Assembly (NCBI GenBank): GCA_001770175.1
Contig: MEQK01000154.1
Location: forward strand, 778-64,777
DNA: 64,000 bases
Direction: 5' to 3'
From: Bdellovibrionales bacterium RIFOXYD1_FULL_55_31
GTDB lineage: Bacteria; Bdellovibrionota; UBA1018
The notes beneath the pieces were generated by a model. The model was not told the DNA's origin. It did no database searches and worked only from the letters and a program-made list of their open reading frames with translations. Every line of letters begins with the position of its first letter. Within the stretch, counting starts at the first letter, position 1. This document shows, piece after piece, positions 18,127 through 26,479 of this stretch. The translations under genes were made by a program, and so were the position numbers.

Positions 18127-18354
18127 CTGCAGATTCGAACAATCAAATGTAAGGATCTGGCCCAGAAAACAGCTGAATTTCGAAAAGGCGGAGAGAGTGC
18201 ATCAACCCACGGTTCGCCTCATCGCGCCTGTGTGTACTCATTTCGCGTACTGAATTCAGAACACCTGTACGTACTGAGCAAGCCGGAATGTACCAAAATC
18301 GCTACATGCCTTGGGCAATTCGACGGTACACGTCTTGCTCTGATCGAGTGCTGG

Positions 18355-19155
18355 ATGAACTTTCAAACATTTCGGCCCATGAGTCTCGGGATAACTCTTC
18401 TCGCAACGGGGGCTGCCGCCGAAACGGAACTGCTCCTGGATACGAGTGCCGGATATCTCGAAGCGCCGGGCCTGGAACTTTCCACTCGGTTGCGGGGGGA
18501 CATACTAAAAAGCGAGCAGCAGGGCCTCGACATTCTCTTGAACGCCTCTTTCGCCGCTGGTTTTGTCGCTCGATCCGGAACCTCGCAGATCTATTCAGCC
18601 ACCGCGTGCTTTTACAGGGGCAAAGATAACTGGCTCATTTCAGCTGAGCCGTACATCGGCTACGAGGCGAACGATTTCAGCTCCAGACTCGCCTGGCCGG
18701 GCGCGCGACTCGGACTAGAATACGCGAACGAAGCAAACAGTTACGGAGTTCAATATTCGCGGGAACAGTGGATTCCGCTTTCAGACGAGTTCGAGGACTG
18801 GCTGGGCACCCACCACGAGCTCCGAGTTTACTGGAGCGCTACCCGAAGGAACCCGCAATGGCAGCTCGGTATCGTCACGCGACGAAGCGTCACCTCCTCA
18901 ACGAATCAGCTCGGTCCGGAAGCGCACGCTATCATGCGGATCAGCCCCCGATGGGAAGTCGAGCTATACGCCAATGTCGCCGTATTGAGGGGTTCGAGCG
19001 ATGATTTTCTGCAGGAGAACAGCTCCGGGTTCGGAACACGCGTGAATTGGTCCAACCGCCCCGATCTCAAGTTCCATATTGGCATATCTGAAGTGACCGA
19101 CGGCCTGACCCAGGCCTGGATGACGGCGGGAGGAGTATCGTGGTCGGCACTATAA
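18355..19155 (+). CDS. Hypothetical secreted / possible outer-membrane protein
   Basis: ORF 18088..19155. The first 89 codons look non-coding, so the start was moved to ATG 18355 (MNFQTFRPMSLGITLLATGAAA). Beta-rich sequence with Tyr/Trp/Arg-rich strands. No family recognised. Confidence 0.45.
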   Translation: MNFQTFRPMSLGITLLATGAAAETELLLDTSAGYLEAPGLELSTRLRGDILKSEQQGLDILLNASFAAGFVARSGTSQIYSATACFYRGKDNWLISAEPYIGYEANDFSSRLAWPGARLGLEYANEANSYGVQYSREQWIPLSDEFEDWLGTHHELRVYWSATRRNPQWQLGIVTRRSVTSSTNQLGPEAHAIMRISPRWEVELYANVAVLRGSSDDFLQENSSGFGTRVNWSNRPDLKFHIGISEVTDGLTQAWMTAGGVSWSAL

Positions 19156-19195
19156 AGATGGATACTACGAAAACAATGAATGGAGGAATAATCGA

Positions 19196-20143
19196 ATGAA
19201 ATTGATTTCTACCGCGCTTGTCGCAGTCGTTACCATCGCGTGGGCCCTTTCCGGCTGTGGAAAGTCGAATGACGAAGTGATCACGATGTCGGAAATGGCG
19301 GTAGCTACCGTATCCGGAAACGTAAACTCCGGTTCCGTCGGTACATTGTCCTTGAATCTGAGGGACGGCATTCTGCTCGATTGGTGGTTCCCTATCAACA
19401 CGGCGTATGCGGCACACTCTTGTCCGAGGCCAAGCACCGCGGTGGATGGCCTCGACTGCTCGGTCGACGGCACGGGAAAGACGATGACGCTCGCTTACAA
19501 TTCCTGCAACTTCGGAAATAACTCTGCGGTCTGGAACGGAACAGAAATTCTCGCCTCGAGCGCCGCCGTTTCATGCGGTCAATTTCCTTCAGAAACTCCA
19601 GGGACGACCTTGGCACGGACTTTCGGGCCGGGGACTACCCGCACCGTGGGCAACAGCGTTCATGTCTCGGCAATCGATACGACGAATCCGAGCGGATATG
19701 AGACCCCCGTTTCCGGAGGCTCCCTCATTACCTATGACGCCAACGGTAAGAAACTCGAGATCAAGGGCGTGCATGTTCTCTCGCAGAAAATATTCCGGGG
19801 GAATGGCAATACTGATCGGGTCGAAACCGAAGCAGATCACACACTGAGTACCGTCCCCGACAATCCTTTGGATGTTCGCTTGAATAACGGCGTCCGAACC
19901 GTGAATGGAACTGTAAAGGTACAGCACAATGTCGAGAAATACACCGGCACCGCTGTATTCGAAAACGTCGTCTACTCCTCGGCCGATTGCTGTCTGCCGC
20001 AGTCGGGAACGATCACAACCACACTCTCCGGCAGTCGCTCTGGAACCGAGACGCTCTCGTTCTCCGCCTCGGATTGCGGTTCCGCCAAACTTGAGAACGG
20101 GAAAGGAGAAATGAACGCTATCCTGCTGAAACGTTGCTTTTGA
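19196..20143 (+). CDS. Hypothetical lipoprotein
   Basis: SD GGAGGAATAATCGA precedes the ATG. Signal peptide plus lipobox (WALSG/C). Ser/Thr/Gly/Asn-rich beta-type sequence with six further Cys. Confidence 0.65.
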   Translation: MKLISTALVAVVTIAWALSGCGKSNDEVITMSEMAVATVSGNVNSGSVGTLSLNLRDGILLDWWFPINTAYAAHSCPRPSTAVDGLDCSVDGTGKTMTLAYNSCNFGNNSAVWNGTEILASSAAVSCGQFPSETPGTTLARTFGPGTTRTVGNSVHVSAIDTTNPSGYETPVSGGSLITYDANGKKLEIKGVHVLSQKIFRGNGNTDRVETEADHTLSTVPDNPLDVRLNNGVRTVNGTVKVQHNVEKYTGTAVFENVVYSSADCCLPQSGTITTTLSGSRSGTETLSFSASDCGSAKLENGKGEMNAILLKRCF

Positions 20144-20164
20144 AAACCAAACAATGAGGTGTTC

Positions 20165-20482
20165 ATGAGAACTCTGATCTTCATGCTTTCCATATGTCTC
20201 GGAATAGGTGCGTCCCTCTCCGCACTCGCGGCGAAAGGCGGGTCTAAACCCGACAATTTTGGAAAAATCGTTTCAAACGAAGCCAAGGTATTCCGAACAG
20301 AACCCGTTCCGGGATACCGGAATTTCGGGCAGTGGGTGAGCAGCCAACGCCGGCATCAACCGAATCGAACTCGCAACGGTCCGACGAAGGTTCCGACGGG
20401 TTCGCCGGTGATACCCACGGCTCCGGTTCCTCCGATTGAACAGCCGACCGGATTTTCTCCTGGCGGAAGCAATGGGACATGA
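20165..20482 (+). CDS. Small secreted Pro-rich protein
   Basis: ORF 20159..20482; ATG 20165 follows TGAGGTG. Signal peptide (LIFMLSICLGIGASLSALA) and a Pro-rich C-terminus. Confidence 0.5.
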   Translation: MRTLIFMLSICLGIGASLSALAAKGGSKPDNFGKIVSNEAKVFRTEPVPGYRNFGQWVSSQRRHQPNRTRNGPTKVPTGSPVIPTAPVPPIEQPTGFSPGGSNGT

Positions 20483-20508
20483 ATAGTTGATGTAACGCCG
20501 TGAACTTC

Positions 20509-20536
20509 GGCGGCGGCGGTTTATTCCGCCGCCGCC
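20509..20536 (+). terminator. Perfect 11-bp GC hairpin after the secreted-protein genes
   Basis: GGCGGCGGCGG-TTTATT-CCGCCGCCGCC. No U-tract follows, so its role as an intrinsic terminator is uncertain. Confidence 0.4.
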
Positions 20537-20591
20537 CCTCGAATATATTCGCCGATCGCTTCGTTTCACGAGATTTGCATTCCAAAGCGGC

Positions 20592-21083
20592 ATGACACCT
20601 GATCTTGACCGCAGGTTCTGGATTGTTCTCGTCAATAGATCATTAGCGCTCGTTTATCAGAAGTACTCGGCCGGTAAAGCAATAAGGCTCATCGAGCGGA
20701 TAGAACACCCCGAAGGCCGCCTGAAGCGGCACGAAATCGATAGCGACAAACCGGGGAGGTCCTTCGGCCCGAGTATGATCAGACGACACGCCTACGATAA
20801 TGCGATCAATGCCGTAGACCACAAAGCTCGACAGTTCATGAGCGAAGTCGCCGCGGTTCTCGACCACGGAAGATCAGAAGACCGCTACGATTGGCTCGTT
20901 ATCGTCGCGAACTCGCGTATGCATGGCCTCTTGAAAAAGGAACTGAAGAAACCCATTCTCAATCGAATCGCGAAAACCGTTTCCCGGGATTTCAACTATG
21001 TGAACGAACATGAAATTCCGGCACATCTTCAGGAATACCTGAGAGAACTCGAACGCGCTCCCCTACTGCGAAAGGCGGGTTAG
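20592..21083 (+). CDS. Host-attachment family protein (eRF1-like fold family)
   Basis: Characteristic pattern: W-IVLVNRS-ALVY, EIDSDKPGRSF, HKARQFMSEVAAVL, DWLVIVANSRMHGLLKKEL. Confidence 0.75.
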   Translation: MTPDLDRRFWIVLVNRSLALVYQKYSAGKAIRLIERIEHPEGRLKRHEIDSDKPGRSFGPSMIRRHAYDNAINAVDHKARQFMSEVAAVLDHGRSEDRYDWLVIVANSRMHGLLKKELKKPILNRIAKTVSRDFNYVNEHEIPAHLQEYLRELERAPLLRKAG

Positions 21084-21084
21084 C

Positions 21085-21855
21085 ATGGCGACACGGGTGA
21101 ATAGAGCGGCTACGGCAAGCAACAAAAAGGGGGGAAAGACGCGGAAAAGAAACCAGAGCTCCCGCCTTTATGATTCCCATGACACGCTCGACTCGGATGA
21201 AAACCAGGAAGCCTTCGATGCCGGCACTCACGAAACCATGGCGCGCAATCGTAACGCCTCGGCAGGCGTTCCGACTGAAGAGAACGCCACCGGAGTGCCG
21301 GAGGCTCGGGATTTCTCGATTGGACGAAACGATCGATCCCGACCCGAACAGATCGCCAATTCTCCACGGCTTTCATTGGACTCGGTTTCCCTCGGTTCGC
21401 ATCGGGAACTGCCGACAAAGCATACGGCCGACGGCGCGAATCATTCGCCTCCCCTCTCCTGGAGTGGCATCCCGCCCTATACCGAGGAACTCGTCTTGCT
21501 CTGTATCGATCTGGATTCTGAAAACACCCCCTACATTCATTGGCTTGTTTATCGGATCCCGGCGAACTCGCGCGGACTCCCGGCGGGCATCACGGGCGGC
21601 GATGAAATTCCCCAAGTGCTGGGCGCTCTCCAGGGCCGGAACTCCGCCGGAACGCTCGGCTACGTGGGACCGAATCCTCCCTACGATGTCGGCTGGCATC
21701 ACTACTCATTCCGGCTTTACGCGCTCGACCAGGCGCTCAATGATCTCAGACCGGGAATGTCGTGGGAGGAGTTATCGAAGCTGATGACGGGCCACATCCT
21801 CCAAAAAGCCGAGTTACTGACTCGATTTCGCCGGACACTGGCCTACGCGGTATAG
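21085..21855 (+). CDS. YbhB/YbcL-family PEBP (Raf kinase inhibitor-like) with ~100-aa disordered N-extension
   Basis: PEBP core: PPLSWSGIP, YIHWLVYRIP, GYVGPNPP, HHYSFRLYALD. The ATG lies 1 nt after the upstream TAG. The N-terminal ~100 aa are rich in R/K/N/S/D/E. Confidence 0.85.
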   Translation: MATRVNRAATASNKKGGKTRKRNQSSRLYDSHDTLDSDENQEAFDAGTHETMARNRNASAGVPTEENATGVPEARDFSIGRNDRSRPEQIANSPRLSLDSVSLGSHRELPTKHTADGANHSPPLSWSGIPPYTEELVLLCIDLDSENTPYIHWLVYRIPANSRGLPAGITGGDEIPQVLGALQGRNSAGTLGYVGPNPPYDVGWHHYSFRLYALDQALNDLRPGMSWEELSKLMTGHILQKAELLTRFRRTLAYAV

Positions 21856-21887
21856 GAGAAGTGCGGGCGCAGGAGATCGCGGTCAGG

Positions 21888-22883
21888 CTAATCGACGAGC
21901 GTGGCGGACATAAAGGGCCGAGACGAAAGCTTTCCCTGCCAAACGGATCCGATGGGTGGCCGATATACGATTCGGTATCTTTGCAGCCGATCGCCTGCTC
22001 CGATCTCGGCTTTCTGACCACCGGCTCCCGGAACATGCCAGCGGGACTCCGCGAGATCGATGTCGATGTCCTTTCGCTCGGATGGCGCCAACAGATGAAC
22101 ATCCTCGGGGCCGGCCTTGCATTCGCCCGGCGGGCCGAGTGATTTTTCGCCATCGTAGCGAATAGCCACGAGTTGGAGCGAACAAAGATCCGGCGGAATG
22201 ACGAGCGTCCGCGGTTCGCTGCCGGCATTGATGATGGAAAATCTGAGTTTCGGGCTCAGCCTTCCTGAAGGAACCACGTTGCTTTCGGCCGGTCGCCCCG
22301 GCGCAACGGGTGCGGCACCTTCCAGGATCTTGAGTTCCGTGGCAAACGGACCCCAACGATGTCCACGAAGCACCGCGGTCCCGTTTTTCCCGATCGCGAC
22401 TTCAACTTCAAGAGAATGCCTGATCGGGCCGGGGGACATCTTCTCCTCGATTGCTTTTCCGCGGCCCTGCTGAACATAGTAAGACTCGATTCCATAGAAG
22501 ACGTTCATCTCGTTAAAACCGTGTCGCAAACCCGACGGATGGTTCACTCGTCCCGCAATAAAGAGGCCGCTCTCCGGCTTCTTCCTGGCCATCTTGACGA
22601 ATTCAGCGACGCCCTCCGGATTCTGCTCAAGAACGGTATATACCCGGGTACCCTTTTTCACGGGTTCTGATCCGAAGGCTTTTTGGGCGGATTCCTTGTT
22701 CAGCTGCGAGATCTCGTAACCGAGCCTGACGTAGTCGCCACGAAAATAGTCCCGCGGGTCAACGGGCAAGGTCTGAAGAAAAACGATCCTCCCCGTCTCC
22801 CGAATATATTCCCGCTCCGCAGCCATGCCGAGAAGGACCACGATTTGAAATCCGACCGCAAGCGCAATCCAGAGTTTTTTCAT
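21888..22883 (-). CDS. GDYXXLXY domain protein with long C-terminal extension
   Basis: N-terminal TM, then PVDPRDYFRGDYVRLGYE (the GDYxxLxY motif). 331 aa with an extra C-terminal beta-rich region. The start overlaps the upstream stop. Confidence 0.85.
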   Translation of the reverse strand: MKKLWIALAVGFQIVVLLGMAAEREYIRETGRIVFLQTLPVDPRDYFRGDYVRLGYEISQLNKESAQKAFGSEPVKKGTRVYTVLEQNPEGVAEFVKMARKKPESGLFIAGRVNHPSGLRHGFNEMNVFYGIESYYVQQGRGKAIEEKMSPGPIRHSLEVEVAIGKNGTAVLRGHRWGPFATELKILEGAAPVAPGRPAESNVVPSGRLSPKLRFSIINAGSEPRTLVIPPDLCSLQLVAIRYDGEKSLGPPGECKAGPEDVHLLAPSERKDIDIDLAESRWHVPGAGGQKAEIGAGDRLQRYRIVYRPPIGSVWQGKLSSRPFMSATLVD

Positions 22884-24166
22884 TTCGTCACCTCAGAGAC
22901 CGCTTTTTTCCGACTCGAATAGACTGAACCGGTTATGAAGAAGCCCGCGCCGGCCAGCAGGAACACCAAAGATCGCACGAGAAGACTACCGAATAAATCC
23001 GTGTACCTGACGGCCACCAGAAGTCCAAAGACAATGCAGCCCTGAAAGACCGCCGAAAACCGAACCTCACGACACCCCAGCCGGATCAGCAGCACGGATT
23101 GCGCGAGAATGGCAAGATTATACAGAACCGCCGATTCCCAGCCGCGCAACTGCGTCCATCCCAGGCTCTGCAAGAGATAAAAAAGGCCGACCGGCAAAAC
23201 AACCCAAAGATCCGGCCTGATCTCGCGCGTTTTTCGATCACGGATCGCAAAGTAGAGAACGAGTCCCCACATCATGAGGAAACCGATTGCTCCGGCAATA
23301 AAGTAGGAATGCGAACGGAGTTGCTCTGCCTGGGCCAGCTGCGCATCGCTCGAGTGATCATGCCCGGCGAAGCTCAGAATAAAGGCCGTGAGCAGAAAAG
23401 CGAACTGGCTCCAAACCCAGAAGGACCTCCCCGATTCCCGCATCCTACCCCAGTGTTCGAGTAGAATACCCAAGCCGATCAGACCCCCGGAAAGCAGAAG
23501 CATCGCTGAATACGCGATGCCATACGGAACAAAGCTTCCCGACCAAAACACCAGAAGCAGGGAGATTGGAATGAGATCGCCCAGAACACGCGAACTGAAC
23601 TTCTTCATTACCGGGAAAACGCCGGCAATCAGGAGCGGCGCCCAGAGCAAATGGTTGCCGAAACCAATGGCTTCGGAACCGGTCCAGAGAACCGTCAGGA
23701 TGCAAACGACCATTCCTTGCACGGCCGAGGGCAAGGCCCAAGCCAGAAAGAGCGCTCCCAATGCCCAGATCATGAACCCGTTCGGGTAGTGGTCGTTGAT
23801 ATGGTAGATCTGGGCAACCAGCCAGACCCCCGCGCCAAAGAGCATCGTCCCGAAAAGATGAAGTCCTTCAGCGAGCTGAGGACGCTCTCTCCTGAAGAAA
23901 ATCGCCCCGAGATGCGTGGCCAGCACCGAGCCGATCACAATCGCGAGCTTGACGAATCGATCTAAATTTTCCCAATTATATGCGAAGAACAGAATCACCC
24001 CAAGACCAAGGAGAATCGCGCCGATTCCGATGAAAACAAGCCGCCCCCAATCGACGCTTTCGGGGACAGGGTAGCGCGCGCGAAGCTTCTCGACCTGCTC
24101 CCGCTGCAGAAATCCCTCGCGTTCGAGATCCCGAAGTTCCTGATGAAGCCATTCAATGTGATTCAT
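22880..24166 (-). CDS. DUF2157/DUF4401-type polytopic membrane protein
   Basis: Cytoplasmic N-helix (WLHQELRDLEREGFLQREQVEKLRARY) followed by more than 10 TM segments. The pairing with a GDYXXLXY gene is typical. Confidence 0.75.
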   Translation of the reverse strand: MNHIEWLHQELRDLEREGFLQREQVEKLRARYPVPESVDWGRLVFIGIGAILLGLGVILFFAYNWENLDRFVKLAIVIGSVLATHLGAIFFRRERPQLAEGLHLFGTMLFGAGVWLVAQIYHINDHYPNGFMIWALGALFLAWALPSAVQGMVVCILTVLWTGSEAIGFGNHLLWAPLLIAGVFPVMKKFSSRVLGDLIPISLLLVFWSGSFVPYGIAYSAMLLLSGGLIGLGILLEHWGRMRESGRSFWVWSQFAFLLTAFILSFAGHDHSSDAQLAQAEQLRSHSYFIAGAIGFLMMWGLVLYFAIRDRKTREIRPDLWVVLPVGLFYLLQSLGWTQLRGWESAVLYNLAILAQSVLLIRLGCREVRFSAVFQGCIVFGLLVAVRYTDLFGSLLVRSLVFLLAGAGFFITGSVYSSRKKAVSEVTK

Positions 24167-24168
24167 AA

Positions 24169-25113
24169 TCAGCGCGCCCGCCGCGCTAACCGTTGAGCGA
24201 GATTTCTCATTTTCGCGAATTCAGCGCCGGAAACCTCAGCTTTTCGCGGGGTCCCCGTCCGGGCCATTTCATCCATTTGCGCGACTCGCTCCCGCGAAGG
24301 CGGATGAGTGCTCAGCGCGTCCGTAAGCGCTGAAATCGGCCCGCCCGCCTTGCCGCGAGCTTGCTCAAGTTTGTAAAGCTTGCTGTAAAAAAGCCCGACG
24401 TGATCCTTCGAATAACCTCCCTGGACCGCGACATTGAAGCCGATCCGGTCCGCTTCCATTTCATCTTCCCGGGAGTTCGCCATGAAAGCGAACTTCTGAA
24501 CAAGCAGGCCGCCCGCGGCCCCCGCGCCCGCGCCGAGCGCGGCTGCCTTCGCGAGGCACGCCGAATCACCTTTACACGCGAGCTTCCCGATTCCGAATCC
24601 CGCAGCCGCCCCGAGAAGACCGCCGCCCACGCCATAGAGCAGCGACTTCGATTCCTCCTTTTTCGCCTGATACATCCGTTCGGCCGTATGGCGGGCCACG
24701 ACATGGCCGATCTCATGACCGATCACTCCGGCAAGTTCGGCTTCCGAATCCGCCATCGCAATGAGTGGCGCTGTCACGAAGATCGTTCCAGCCGGAAGGG
24801 CAAATGCATTCACGTAATCCACGTCAACGACGGCGAAAGTATAATGATACGGCTTCCCCTCCAGGTGATTCGCCTCGACGAGCTGAGTGCCTATTTTTCG
24901 GACATAAGCCTGAAGCTCGGGGTTTTGAACCGGAGGGTATTCCTTCATCATCTGAGGGAGGACTTCCTGGGTCATTTTGGCTTCTTCGGCCGGCGTAAGC
25001 GCGGCCTCCTGGCCGGTATTGTCGCCTTCGCGCATCCGCGTGCGATTCGTCGCGCAAGAGGAAAAGATCAGAGCTGTCGTCAGGGTAAGCGTGAGATAGG
25101 TCAAGGATTTCAT
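24169..25113 (-). CDS. M48 family zinc metallopeptidase (lipoprotein)
   Basis: Signal peptide plus lipobox (LIFSS/C), HEIGH zinc motif (GVIGHEIGHVVARH), and a Gly/Ala-rich insertion. Confidence 0.9.
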   Translation of the reverse strand: MKSLTYLTLTLTTALIFSSCATNRTRMREGDNTGQEAALTPAEEAKMTQEVLPQMMKEYPPVQNPELQAYVRKIGTQLVEANHLEGKPYHYTFAVVDVDYVNAFALPAGTIFVTAPLIAMADSEAELAGVIGHEIGHVVARHTAERMYQAKKEESKSLLYGVGGGLLGAAAGFGIGKLACKGDSACLAKAAALGAGAGAAGGLLVQKFAFMANSREDEMEADRIGFNVAVQGGYSKDHVGLFYSKLYKLEQARGKAGGPISALTDALSTHPPSRERVAQMDEMARTGTPRKAEVSGAEFAKMRNLAQRLARRAR

Positions 25114-25275
25114 GAGCGGGTCTCCGAAGCTTCGATTCTAACTCATAAATCCGGCGGCGCAATTAAAAGGGGTCCTCTTTATTCACAAATCACTGGGCAA
25201 AACGCTCACTTACGCATTTAGAAAGAGTGCTGGCATCAAAACGTGCCGACCCCGTTCGGCTGCGCTACAATTAAG

Positions 25276-26466
25276 ATGATGAATTATCGGGCGTTCACCA
25301 TCTTTTTCATGCCGGTTGTTATTTCATTCGCCCTGTTCTGCCCAAGATCCGAATGCGCCCAATCCAAACAGAAATTCCCGGACTGCGATATTCCGCTCGA
25401 TTTACGCGAGCCCGGGCAGTCGATGCACGGGATGCCCATCTTCGACCAACGCGGCCTTGGAAATGGCGTCTGCTATCTCGTCGCCGCCGTCCAAATCGCC
25501 GAAGCCGCCCGCCGGGCGCGGTTGAACGGCGATCCTCGCCAACGAATTTCAGCAAGCGCGGCATTGGCTGAGATGGCAACCTTTAATTCGCTATACCGTC
25601 ACGAACTAAATCCCTATTTTACACAAGGGTCGGGATTTACCTGCGATGCCATGGACCACCTCAGATCACATGGCGCTTGCGACAGCAGCAAAATGCCGTT
25701 TTCAGACCCTTTTCTGGGAGATACAGGCCGAAGCCCCGACGACGAGGCGACCGTCAAATGGTTTATGAATACTTTTCAAGCGAGCGAGGAATATAAAGCG
25801 GCGGCCAGAACTCTCGCTGAGATCCTTTCGGCCGAACAGGTGCGATATGATGAAGTCGAGGTCTTCCAAAAACGCAAGCAAGAGGTCCTGCACCGCCTCT
25901 GCCCGAAGTGCGTGATTTCCAACTCGATCGAAACCCGAATACCGCCCGAAATTAAAAAAGCCACCGAAGCCGTTCTTCACCATCTTCATGAACTCGACTC
26001 GCAGGAATTCACCATGAAAATGGCCCTCCACTCGAACCCCATGCTATCCGCCTGCAAAAAACCTGAAAACCGGCTCTCCCTTCACAAACTCCCGAAATGC
26101 ACGACAGAACCCTTTCTCTATGAAATAGGCGAATTTTTGAAAGAACATTTGAGCCAACCCAAGCCCGTTCCAGTCGCCCTGACGACCTGCTTCGCAGTGC
26201 TTCAATACAACGAGAAACAGTCCATTCGCCAGTCGAGCGACATCGAGTTGTACAAACGGAAATGTGAAAAACACGCGATCCTCGTGATCGGCCGGAGAAC
26301 AATCGGGAGCGGAAACTCCTCCCGCTGCGAATATCTCATTCGTAACTCCTACGGCGAAAAATGTTCCCGCGATGAACCGGGCCGAACCTGCGATCGCGGG
26401 GATTACTGGATCGACGCGGAGGTATTGGAAAAAAACATCTACCAAGGAGCCGCGCTCGACTACTGA
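25276..26466 (+). CDS. Secreted papain-fold (clan CA, C1-like) cysteine peptidase candidate
   Basis: ORF 25243..26466 (GTG); ATG 25276 gives the signal peptide MMNYRAFTIFFMPVVISFALF. Candidate Gln/Cys (FDQRGLGNGVCYLVAA), His (HAILVIG) and Asn (IRNSYG) appear in papain order. Confidence 0.55.
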   Translation: MMNYRAFTIFFMPVVISFALFCPRSECAQSKQKFPDCDIPLDLREPGQSMHGMPIFDQRGLGNGVCYLVAAVQIAEAARRARLNGDPRQRISASAALAEMATFNSLYRHELNPYFTQGSGFTCDAMDHLRSHGACDSSKMPFSDPFLGDTGRSPDDEATVKWFMNTFQASEEYKAAARTLAEILSAEQVRYDEVEVFQKRKQEVLHRLCPKCVISNSIETRIPPEIKKATEAVLHHLHELDSQEFTMKMALHSNPMLSACKKPENRLSLHKLPKCTTEPFLYEIGEFLKEHLSQPKPVPVALTTCFAVLQYNEKQSIRQSSDIELYKRKCEKHAILVIGRRTIGSGNSSRCEYLIRNSYGEKCSRDEPGRTCDRGDYWIDAEVLEKNIYQGAALDY

Positions 26467-26479
26467 AGCCGGACGGCGG

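Noticed and set aside
18088-18354. Long N-terminal extensions in tracked ORFs (18088, and likewise 4198, 15564, 17053, 31040, 36080, 36242, 49128)
   Set aside because: The extensions are Arg/Pro/Ser-rich, precede obvious signal peptides or conserved N-termini, overlap upstream genes or regulatory RNA, and bypass good internal SD-ATG pairs. The starts were trimmed accordingly.
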